NCBI RefSeq assembly: GCF_900890425.1
Contig: NZ_CAAHFG010000004.1
Location: forward strand, 632,330-664,329
Direction of reading: 5' to 3'
Origin: Pontiella desulfatans
GTDB taxonomy: Bacteria; Verrucomicrobiota; Kiritimatiellia; Kiritimatiellales; Pontiellaceae
Length of the DNA stretch: 32,000 nucleotides
Shown: piece after piece, positions 25,201-32,000 of the stretch
Position numbering within the stretch: position 1 is the first letter of the stretch
Layout: every line of letters starts with the position of its first letter
Notes under the pieces: generated by a model
Databases searched by the model: none
The model's input: only the letters and a program-made list of their open reading frames with translations
Told to the model about the DNA's origin: nothing
Program-made: the position numbers and the translations under genes

Positions 25201-25875
25201 GAATACTTTTCCATTGTTTGGAAACAGCTGAACAACCGGGATTTTAACCGTGTCGAATTCGGCACGGTTAGAAATGAAGCGGGCAGCAACGCCTTTGTTA
25301 TGACCCCGTCCAAGTGGATCCTGCCGACAGGAGCCATCGGCATTGTTTCAAAGGCGGGTCGCTACGGGGGGACGTTTGCGCACAAGGATATTGCGTTCGC
25401 GTTTGCCTCGTTGGTGTCGGTGGAGTTCAGGCTGTACTTGATCAAGGAATTCCAGCGCCTCAAGGAAATCGAGCAGAAGCAGTTGGGGTGGGATATCCGG
25501 CGCAACCTGGCGAAGATCAACTACCGCATCCATACGGATGCGGTGCAGGCCAACCTGATTCCGCCGGAGCTGACCCCGCAGCAGATCAGTTTTGTCTACG
25601 CGAACGAGGCCGATGTGCTCAACACGGCACTTTTCGGCATGCCGGCGAAGTAGTGGCGCGAAAGCCATCCCGATGACAAGGGGAACATCCGCGACCACGC
25701 CAATGCGGCGCAGCTGGTTTGCCTGGCCAACCTCGAAAACCTGAATGCGCTTTTCATCGCCGAGGGTATGGATCGAAAGGATCGGTTGGTGAAGCTCAAC
25801 CAGACCGCCATCCGGCAGATGCAGTTGCTTACCGAAGATACCGCTGTCCGGCGGTTGGACGAAAAGAAACACTAG
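25201..25875 (+). pseudogene. Decayed KilA-N-family gene: 5'-truncated, with an in-frame TAG
   Basis: The frame reads EYFSIVWKQLNNRDFNRVEFGTVRNEAGSNAFVMTPSKWILPTGAIGIVSKAGRYGGTFAHKDIAFAFASLVSVEFRLYLIKEFQRLKE...INYRIHTDAV...YANEADVLNTALFGMPAK*WRESHPDDKGNIRDHANAAQLVCLANLENLNALFI...LNQTAIRQMQLL. From memory this matches the C-terminal two thirds of the widespread KilA-N domain-containing protein family. The N-terminal KilA-N core is missing. A TAG at 25651..25653 sits where that family has Gln (TAKQWR). Confidence 0.75.
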
Positions 25876-25896
25876 CTTTTTTCTTCAATGCAGGGT

Positions 25897-25924
25897 TTGG
25901 CATCGGGGAAGGTTGGGCTATATT
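25897..25924 (+). promoter_or_regulatory. Candidate sigma70-type promoter of prfB
   Basis: TTGGCA (25897..25902), a 16-nt spacer, then TATATT (25919..25924), about 30 nt upstream of the prfB ATG. Motif match only. Confidence 0.35.
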
Positions 25925-25952
25925 GCGCCCTTCCAACGATTGGACTGAACCG

Positions 25953-27047
25953 ATGACCCAAGACGAACTGAAAAACAAGATAGATGAATTCCGGGGCCAG
26001 CTTTCCGAGATGGAGGGCTATCTGGCGATTGCCGCCAAGCGCGCGGAGCTTGAAGCGCTCGAGGCCGAGGCGGCCGGGCCGGATTTCTGGAACGACCAGA
26101 ACAAGGCGCAGGCCAACATTGCCGCGACCAAGGGGCTCAAGCTGGTGCTCGACCCGTTCGATGCGATCAGCGCCGGGCTCGACGATGCAGGGGTGATGCT
26201 GGAGCTGGCCGAGGCGGGCGAGGATGAGGCGCTGGCCGAGGCCGCCGCCGAAATCGCCAAGGTCGAGAGTGGGTTCCAGTCGCTGGAAATGCAGTCGCTG
26301 CTCGGCGGCGAGTTCGATGGCAACGGGGCCTACCTGACGTTGCACGCCGGGGCGGGGGGCACGGAGAGCTGCGACTGGGCGGATATGCTCTACCGCATGT
26401 TCACGCGCTATGCCGAGCGCAAGGAGTTCAAGGTTCAGATCATGGACTACCAGGCCGGGGATGAAGCGGGCATCAAGAGCGTGTCGGTGTTGATTTCCGG
26501 TGCGTATGCCTATGGCCTGCTGAAGTCCGAACGCGGGGTGCACCGGCTGGTGCGCATCAGCCCGTTCGATTCGCAGTCGCGCCGCCACACCTCGTTTGTC
26601 GCTGTCGACGTGACGCCGGAGATCGATGACGACATCGATATCGAAATCGTGGAGTCCGAGTTGCGCATCGATACCTACCGGGCCCAAGGTGCGGGAGGGC
26701 AGCACGTCAACACCACCGATTCGGCGGTGCGTATCGTCCACTTGCCGACCGGCACGGTGGTGCAGTGCCAGGCCGAGCGTTCGCAGCATAAGAACAAGGC
26801 CGCCGCCATGAAAATGCTCAAGGCGCGGCTCTATGAACACGAGCAGGACAAGCAGCGCCAGGCCGTCGAACAGCTCTACGGCGACAAGGGCGAAATTGCC
26901 TGGGGCTCGCAAATCCGCTCCTATGTCCTTCAGCCGTATACGCAGGTGAAGGACCACCGCACCGACGAGGTGGTCGGCAACGCCCAAGGGGTGCTCGACG
27001 GCAACCTCGATCCGTTCATTGAGGCGTATCTCAAGAAGAATAGATAG
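25953..27047 (+). CDS. prfB: Peptide chain release factor 2, encoded in a single frame
   Basis: MTQDELKNKIDEFRGQLSEMEGYLAIAAKRAELEALE...FWNDQNKAQ, the SPF tripeptide (RISPFDSQSRRHTSF) and GGQ (RAQGAGGQHVNTTDSAVR). The GYL region is read straight through (ggc tat ctg gcg att) with no CTT TGA shift site. Track residues before 25953 overlap the pseudogene and are rejected. Confidence 0.92.
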   Translation: MTQDELKNKIDEFRGQLSEMEGYLAIAAKRAELEALEAEAAGPDFWNDQNKAQANIAATKGLKLVLDPFDAISAGLDDAGVMLELAEAGEDEALAEAAAEIAKVESGFQSLEMQSLLGGEFDGNGAYLTLHAGAGGTESCDWADMLYRMFTRYAERKEFKVQIMDYQAGDEAGIKSVSVLISGAYAYGLLKSERGVHRLVRISPFDSQSRRHTSFVAVDVTPEIDDDIDIEIVESELRIDTYRAQGAGGQHVNTTDSAVRIVHLPTGTVVQCQAERSQHKNKAAAMKMLKARLYEHEQDKQRQAVEQLYGDKGEIAWGSQIRSYVLQPYTQVKDHRTDEVVGNAQGVLDGNLDPFIEAYLKKNR

Positions 27048-27084
27048 CCACGAAAAGGCTCAAAAAGCACGAAGACTACGAATC

Positions 27085-27858
27085 ATGAACATTCTCGAAC
27101 AAATCTGCGCGGACAAGCGTGTTGAAATTGAAGAACGGAAGAAGCTCGTTTCGCTCGCTGACCTGCAGGCGCAGGCGGTTGAAAGCCGCCCAGACTTCGT
27201 TGAGGCGCTGCGGGCAACGCCGATGGGGCTGATTGCGGAAGTGAAGCGTAAGTCGCCGTCGGCCGGGCTGATCCGCGATCCGTTCAGTCCGTCGGGCATC
27301 GCCCGGGGCTACGAGGCCAACGGGGCCAGCGCGGTTTCGTGCCTGATGGACCACACATATTTCGGCGGCGGGGCGGAGGATTTTGCGGAGGTCCGCGAGG
27401 CCATTGGCTTGCCGATGCTCTACAAGGAGTTCGTGGTTGATTCCTGGCAGATTGCCCATGCCAAGACCATGGGGGCGTCGGCGGTGCTGCTGATTGTGGG
27501 CGCGCTGACGGATGGCGAACTGGCCACCTTCCTGAAGGAAATCCGAGGAATCGGGCTCCAGCCGCTGGTGGAGGTGCACGACAAGGAGGAGATGCTCCGC
27601 GCCATCGATGTGGGATCGGACTGCATCGGCATCAACAACCGCAACCTGAAAACCTTCGTGACCACGCTCGACACCACGTTCGAGCTGGCGGCCATGGCGC
27701 CGGCTGGCTGCACCCTGGTTAGCGAAAGCGGTATAAAGGCTCCGGAGGACGTCGTGCAGCTTAAAGAGGCCGGCGCGCATGCGATCCTGGTGGGCGAAAG
27801 CCTGCTGCGCGAAACCGATCCCGGCGTGGCGGCGGCACATCTGTTGAGTCTGATTTAA
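27085..27858 (+). CDS. trpC: Indole-3-glycerol-phosphate synthase
   Basis: MNILEQICADKRVEIEERKK..., LIAEVKRKSPSAG, SCLMDHTYFGG, LYKEFVVDSWQIAHAKTMGASAVLLI, GINNRNLKTF, SESGI. The start is at ATG 27085 rather than the track start 27019. Confidence 0.9.
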   Translation: MNILEQICADKRVEIEERKKLVSLADLQAQAVESRPDFVEALRATPMGLIAEVKRKSPSAGLIRDPFSPSGIARGYEANGASAVSCLMDHTYFGGGAEDFAEVREAIGLPMLYKEFVVDSWQIAHAKTMGASAVLLIVGALTDGELATFLKEIRGIGLQPLVEVHDKEEMLRAIDVGSDCIGINNRNLKTFVTTLDTTFELAAMAPAGCTLVSESGIKAPEDVVQLKEAGAHAILVGESLLRETDPGVAAAHLLSLI

Positions 27859-27918
27859 CCTCTTTTTTCTTTTTATACCCCCCATGCGGTAGCATCATTC
27901 CCAACTGCTGGACAAAGG

Positions 27919-29364
27919 ATGGGAAATGTGAAAGCGGACAGGTTCATAGCACTGGATATAGGCGCGGATTTCATCCGGTTGGGTGTTTTTGCCCGCCATG
28001 CCTCCGGCCAGCTTGAACTGCTCGACCACGGCAGTGTGGCGATCGATTCCGACCCGCATATCGAGATGGCCCGCGAGGCCGTTGTGGCCACGGCGCTGAA
28101 GCGGCTGCTGGACGAGCGCAAGCCGACCGTGCGCAAGGCCGTTGTTTCCATCGAGGGCCAATCCGTCTTTTCCCGGCTGGTCAAACTGCCGCCGGTCGCC
28201 GCCGACAAGGTTGCGCAGACGATCCGCCATGAAGCCGTTCAGAATATTCCTTTCCCGATCGACGAGGTGGTCTGGGACGCCCATATCGTCGATGCATCGG
28301 CCCCGGAACCCGAAGTGCTGCTGGTGGCGGTCAAGGCCGAGCTGGTCGATGGGTTGGTGCATGCGGTCAGTGCCAACGGCCTGCTGGTCGAGCGGGTCGA
28401 TGTGGCCCCGGCGGCGCTGGCCAATGCCGTGCGGGCAACACAACCCACCGGTACCGGGCCCAGCCTGCTCGTCGATGCCGGCAAGCAATCGACCAACCTC
28501 GTCTTCATCGATGGCGACCGCACCTTTTTCCGTACGTTGCCGGTGGCGGGCAGCATGGGGCAACGGCTGGTGCAGGAGATCGAGCGCTCCATCACCTTTT
28601 ATCGGAGCCAGCAGGGGGGCAATGCCCCGCAGCGCATCCTGCTGGCGGGCGGGCTCGGCCATCTTGGCGAAACGGAGAGCCGGCTCGGCATCCCCGTGGA
28701 AGCGTTCGACCCGTTGCTGGGCGTTCAGCAAAGCGTAGTGGTTGCCGATCCTGGCAACATCGCGGTTTTGGCGGGCTTGGCCCGGTCGGGCGGGATGGAA
28801 ATCAACCTCGTGCCGGAAGCGCTGGAAAAGGCGCATAGCTTCCGCCGGAAGCAGCCGCTGTTCGTCGCCGGTGCCGCCGCCGCTGTGCTGGTGGCCGGCA
28901 CATGGATTGTTGGACTCAACCGGCTGGCTGCCCTTGCGGAGATCGAGAACCGCGAGGTGCGTGCCCGAATCCAGGCCTTGGAGCGCGTTGAAAAAAAGAT
29001 GCTACCCCTGGAGCGCAGGATTGCCGAATTGCAGCGCCAATCCGAAGTCTATGAGGGCGCCATTGAGCGCCGTACCTTCTGGCTGGATGTGCTGGTGGAT
29101 ATCCGCGGTTGTCTGGCCGAAGGCATGTTCGTGCTCGGAAGCGAGCCTATCCTGCAGGATGAAAGCACCATCGGGCAGCGAATTACGGTGGTGAGCTATC
29201 TCGACCGGGAGGGCAAGGGAGAGGATGCCATTATCCAGCTCCGCGACCGCCTGCGTGCGAAGGATCGGTTCAGTGAAAAAACGAAGGTGTTCAAGCGGCC
29301 GACCAAAAAGCGGTTTGCCCGGGAGTTTGTGCTCGATGTCCATTTCGAGGAGGGCTCGGAATGA
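27919..29364 (+). CDS. PilM-like actin-fold pilus assembly protein fused to a PilN-like TM/coiled-coil segment (Amuc_1101-like)
   Basis: FIALDIGADFIRLGVF..., AVVSIEGQSVFSRLVKLPPV, IPFPIDEVVWD, VERVDVAPAALANAV, LLVDAGKQSTNLVFID, ILLAGGLGHL. Then INLVPEALEKAHSFRRKQPLFVAGAAAAVLVAGTWIV plus a coiled coil. Confidence 0.8.
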   Translation: MGNVKADRFIALDIGADFIRLGVFARHASGQLELLDHGSVAIDSDPHIEMAREAVVATALKRLLDERKPTVRKAVVSIEGQSVFSRLVKLPPVAADKVAQTIRHEAVQNIPFPIDEVVWDAHIVDASAPEPEVLLVAVKAELVDGLVHAVSANGLLVERVDVAPAALANAVRATQPTGTGPSLLVDAGKQSTNLVFIDGDRTFFRTLPVAGSMGQRLVQEIERSITFYRSQQGGNAPQRILLAGGLGHLGETESRLGIPVEAFDPLLGVQQSVVVADPGNIAVLAGLARSGGMEINLVPEALEKAHSFRRKQPLFVAGAAAAVLVAGTWIVGLNRLAALAEIENREVRARIQALERVEKKMLPLERRIAELQRQSEVYEGAIERRTFWLDVLVDIRGCLAEGMFVLGSEPILQDESTIGQRITVVSYLDREGKGEDAIIQLRDRLRAKDRFSEKTKVFKRPTKKRFAREFVLDVHFEEGSE

Positions 29365-30341
29365 ATTTCGAGAAAAACAAACTGTTGATCATGGGCGGCG
29401 GCCTCTGTGCCATGCTCCTCGTTGCCGAATTGGTTTTCCTGGTTCTGGGCAATGTCAGGCTGGGCAACGAGAAGCGGGCGCTGAAAAGCAGCTATCGCCA
29501 ACTTGAGCGGTTGCACGACCGTCAGCCCTTCCCTTCGGAGGAAAATATCGGAGCCGTGCAGGAAAACCTGGACAAGCTGGAATATGAAGCCGGCGAGCTG
29601 GCGGCGGCCCTCATGCGGGATCCGCTTCCGCAGGACAGCATCGAGGCGGCCGATTTTTCGGCGCGTGCGCAGGATGTGATTGAACGGTTCCGGAAAATGG
29701 CGCTGCAGGAGGGGGTCGTTTTGCCGGATTCGCTGGAGGTCGGGTTTGCCCAGTATGCCAGTGGCGGTTCCGTGCCGGCCAACCCGCACGTGCCGCGCCT
29801 TTCGCGCCAGCTCTATTCGGTCGAGCGCGTTGCCGAGGTGCTGGTTCGTAGCGGTGTGGGCTCCATCGACAGCCTCACGCGCGAAACGTTCGAGGAGGAA
29901 GCTTTGCCGCCGCCGAACCAGGAGCGTCGCCGCCGGCCAAGCCGTCCGGCCAATCCAGAGGAGAGACCCCGGGCGCGTATGTTGCTGGCCTCGGAAGTCC
30001 ATCCCGAAGGCCTCTACTATACGGAGCGCGTGGGGGTTTCCTTCACGGCCAAGGAGGATGTGGTTTGGCGCGTACTCGACCGGTTCGCCGCCGCCCCGCA
30101 TTTCATCGTTGTATCCGGGTTTTCGCATACCACGAAATCGAACATCCTCGCCTACAATCCCGACCTGGTGAAGCGCGCCGGCGAAACGGACGATGAAACC
30201 CTGCGCTATCTTTCCGAGGGCATCCTGGTCGGGAAAAAGGCGCTCTCGCGTCCCGAGCGGATTATCGCCGGCAATGATGACGTTCAGGTGTCCATGGTGG
30301 TGGATGTCTACAACTTCGGTGCGGAAGGGGAGGGCCGATGA
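29361..30341 (+). CDS. PilO-like / Amuc_1100-family-like pilus-associated protein
   Basis: The ATG overlaps the upstream stop. It has an N-terminal TM anchor (LLIMGGGLCAMLLVAELVFLVLG). The size (326 aa) and C-terminal text DVQVSMVVDVYNFGAE resemble my recollection of the A. muciniphila Amuc_1100 C-terminus (VFVQVSLNLVHFNQP). The assignment is tentative. Confidence 0.5.
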   Translation: MNFEKNKLLIMGGGLCAMLLVAELVFLVLGNVRLGNEKRALKSSYRQLERLHDRQPFPSEENIGAVQENLDKLEYEAGELAAALMRDPLPQDSIEAADFSARAQDVIERFRKMALQEGVVLPDSLEVGFAQYASGGSVPANPHVPRLSRQLYSVERVAEVLVRSGVGSIDSLTRETFEEEALPPPNQERRRRPSRPANPEERPRARMLLASEVHPEGLYYTERVGVSFTAKEDVVWRVLDRFAAAPHFIVVSGFSHTTKSNILAYNPDLVKRAGETDDETLRYLSEGILVGKKALSRPERIIAGNDDVQVSMVVDVYNFGAEGEGR

Positions 30342-31387
30342 AGACGTCCCGCAAGGCTTTCCTGGGGATCGAAGGCATGGTGTTGCTTTGCCTGTTGATC
30401 GCTTTGGTTGTGTCGTTGGTTGCCGTTGGCAGGCAGGTCGTCTCGGGCAAGGCCCGCCTGGCCGCCCGCGCCTGGGCAAGCCCAAGCCGTGAACGCCCGG
30501 CCGAAGCGTTGGATTTCGGAGCCCTGGAACGTGCCGTCGCCGCAACGGAGCGCCCGGTTCAGTCGGATGCTTCCCATCTGGGCCTGTTGGTCAGTGAATT
30601 GCGGGTTGTGGCGATCGGCAGCGCCTACCCCATTCCCTACGAGGCGGAGGTCTGCCCCTATTCGAACATCCCACAACCCGCAATGAACCAACTGGATCGC
30701 GACGGCGACGGCATTACCGACGACTGGGAGCTTAAATATGGACTGGACAAATATAATGTCGCGGACGCGCTGACCGATCTGGACGGCGATGGGTTTACCA
30801 ATCTTGAGGAGTTCCGTTTTAAGAGCGACCCCCGGGATGCCGGCTCCCATCCCCCGTATGCCTTGAAGCTGCGGTTTGTCAAACGGCGCGATATTCCGTT
30901 TCCGGCCGTGTTCCAGGGGGAGAGCGAATTGCCCGATGGGAAGCTGGTTTTCCAGATAAACACACCTTCCGACGGCAACACCTATTTCAAAATGGTGGGC
31001 GAGGATCTGGGTGAAGGGCTGCGTGATGAGATCCATGAGGATTTGAAGAGCGCCCTGAAAGGCATTGTCGTTCAACGCTTTATCCCCGGGCAGGCATTCG
31101 GTGAAACCGGACGGCTTGTGGTCCGGCGCGGCGAATCGGAAATTGTGCTCGAAAAGGGCAAAACGACCGCCGATCCAGAAAGTGAAGTTGAGTTGATTAA
31201 TATTCTTGATCGCACTCCCATAATCGCTACTATGGGCGCGTTATTATCTTTGCATAGTGACGAGTACACGGTTCTGAGTGTGCATCCCGACAAGGTCGTG
31301 GTGAAGCATTTGGAAACCGAAGAAGTGTTCGACATTGTCGGTTTGGCCGAAGGCGGGCTAGGTGGTTCGCCGGAGGATTTAGAATAG
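30338..31387 (+). CDS. Pilus-system protein with DxDxDG Ca-binding-like repeats (Amuc_1099-like)
   Basis: The ATG overlaps the upstream stop. It has an N-terminal TM helix (MVLLCLLIALVVSLVAV), then DRDGDGITDDWELKYGLD and DLDGDGFTNLEEFRFKSDP. Its position between the Amuc_1100-like gene and the secretin-type gene fits this call. The family assignment is tentative. Confidence 0.5.
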   Translation: MKTSRKAFLGIEGMVLLCLLIALVVSLVAVGRQVVSGKARLAARAWASPSRERPAEALDFGALERAVAATERPVQSDASHLGLLVSELRVVAIGSAYPIPYEAEVCPYSNIPQPAMNQLDRDGDGITDDWELKYGLDKYNVADALTDLDGDGFTNLEEFRFKSDPRDAGSHPPYALKLRFVKRRDIPFPAVFQGESELPDGKLVFQINTPSDGNTYFKMVGEDLGEGLRDEIHEDLKSALKGIVVQRFIPGQAFGETGRLVVRRGESEIVLEKGKTTADPESEVELINILDRTPIIATMGALLSLHSDEYTVLSVHPDKVVVKHLETEEVFDIVGLAEGGLGGSPEDLE

Positions 31388-31473
31388 GGTGATAGTTGTT
31401 GGTAAATGCTTTCCGCGGGCCCTGGTCAACACGCGGTTGAGTTGGCATTTAAATAGAAGTAGAGGGGAAGGAA

Positions 31474-32000
31474 ATGAATAGAACCTATATCTCATCTCTT
31501 TTGGTTGTATCTCTTGTTGGAGTACAAACGATTCGAGCCCAGGAAAGCCTGGATGACGTATTCGCGCAGCTGGATGCTGCCCAGGGCACCGAAGCCGCTG
31601 CACCCGCAGCCGCTCCGGAAGCCGCACCCGCGCCTGCCGCGGTTGAATCCGCGCAACCTGCAACGGTAGAAACCGCGGCCGTAGCTCCTGCTCCGGTGGC
31701 CGTCGCTCCCGCTGAAGTTGAATCCGACATGTTCTCCCGGGCTGTCGCATTCTATCGCGCTGGTGACTTGGTCAAGGCCGAAGCCGCTTTTGAAGCTGTT
31801 TTGGACGAAGACCCGTTCAACCGCAAAGCAATGGAATACCTGAAACGCACCGCACAGAAGATTGCTTCCAACGAAGTTCAGAAGCAACGTTCCAGCCGTG
31901 CACAGGCCATGGCCAGTGTGGATACCGCATGGAATCCGGAAAGCACGGTTCTTAACGTCGACCTCGGTGAAACCGAAGTTAAGGTTAAGTCCCCGGAGCA
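31474..32000 (+). CDS. N-terminal part of a secreted protein, probably the pilus outer-membrane secretin-type component; runs off the window
   Basis: Not in the ORF track because it has no stop in the window. The ATG at 31474 follows GAGGGGAAGG. My translation is MNRTYISSLLVVSLVGVQTIRAQE (signal peptide), then an Ala/Pro-rich linker, then TPR-like text FSRAVAFYRAGDLVKAEAAFEAVLDEDPFNRKAMEYLKR. The secretin assignment rests on gene order only. Confidence 0.5.
   Translation, partial: MNRTYISSLLVVSLVGVQTIRAQESLDDVFAQLDAAQGTEAAAPAAAPEAAPAPAAVESAQPATVETAAVAPAPVAVAPAEVESDMFSRAVAFYRAGDLVKAEAAFEAVLDEDPFNRKAMEYLKRTAQKIASNEVQKQRSSRAQAMASVDTAWNPESTVLNVDLGETEVKVKSPE

Noticed and set aside
25719-25952. 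Upstream extension of the prfB ORF (MPGQPRKPECAF...)
   Set aside because: It has no RF2 homology and overlaps the KilA-N pseudogene in another frame. RF2 text begins at Met 25953, downstream of a promoter-like motif.
25872-31075. Minus-strand ORFs 25872..26987, 27076..27885, 27895..28836, 29196..30545 and 30308..31075
   Set aside because: They are antisense shadows of prfB, trpC and the pilus genes, with the same Gly/Arg/His-rich composition and no recognisable domains.
1-32000. CRISPR arrays, tRNA, rRNA, tmRNA, SRP RNA or riboswitch-like elements
   Set aside because: There are no spaced direct repeats. The only tandem repeats are the coding Lys/Ala units. Intergenic regions are short and showed no tRNA T-arm, SRP or riboswitch consensus that I could recognise by eye. 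A covariance-model scan (Infernal/Rfam, tRNAscan-SE) would be the proper test.

Overview
High-GC bacterial chromosomal segment. The gene content suggests a PVC-superphylum organism (Verrucomicrobiota or Kiritimatiellota-like), based on Amuc_1098-1101-type pilus genes, an FGE-sulfatase-domain protein with acidic DxDxDG repeats and a Lys/Ala histone-H1-like protein. This placement is inference only. The housekeeping backbone runs as follows. A PAS/PocR hybrid histidine kinase of more than 1260 aa runs off the left edge on the minus strand and is absent from the ORF track. A minus-strand block carries der, a zinc-ribbon membrane protein, a DNA-alkylation-repair-like protein and two small membrane/secreted proteins. 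Then come nusA-infB, an H1-like Lys/Ala repeat protein, nrdR plus an unknown ORF plus lnt, and an FGE/SUMF1-family secreted protein. A decayed KilA-N-family gene sits beside REP-like hairpins and a 36-bp perfect palindrome. After that are prfB (no programmed frameshift), trpC, and a PilM/N - Amuc_1100-like - Amuc_1099-like - secretin-type pilus cluster that runs off the right edge. The stand-out is an ~8.1-kb plus-strand operon (7840..15965) wedged between der and nusA. Its order is: a stand-alone RyR-domain protein; a DUF4062 (TIR-fold)-nSTAND NTPase with an internal 4-5 TM block and ankyrin repeats; a 33-codon relic of the channel gene 5' end; a membrane-anchored TIR protein; and a 2-TM pore-like / 2x KTN Rossmann / 2x RyR-like protein. 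I read this as a candidate undescribed TIR/STAND nucleotide-signalling conflict (anti-phage) system with a KTN/RyR-gated channel effector. That reading comes from domain text I read myself, not from any database hit. Most long ORFs opposite these genes are high-GC antisense shadows.
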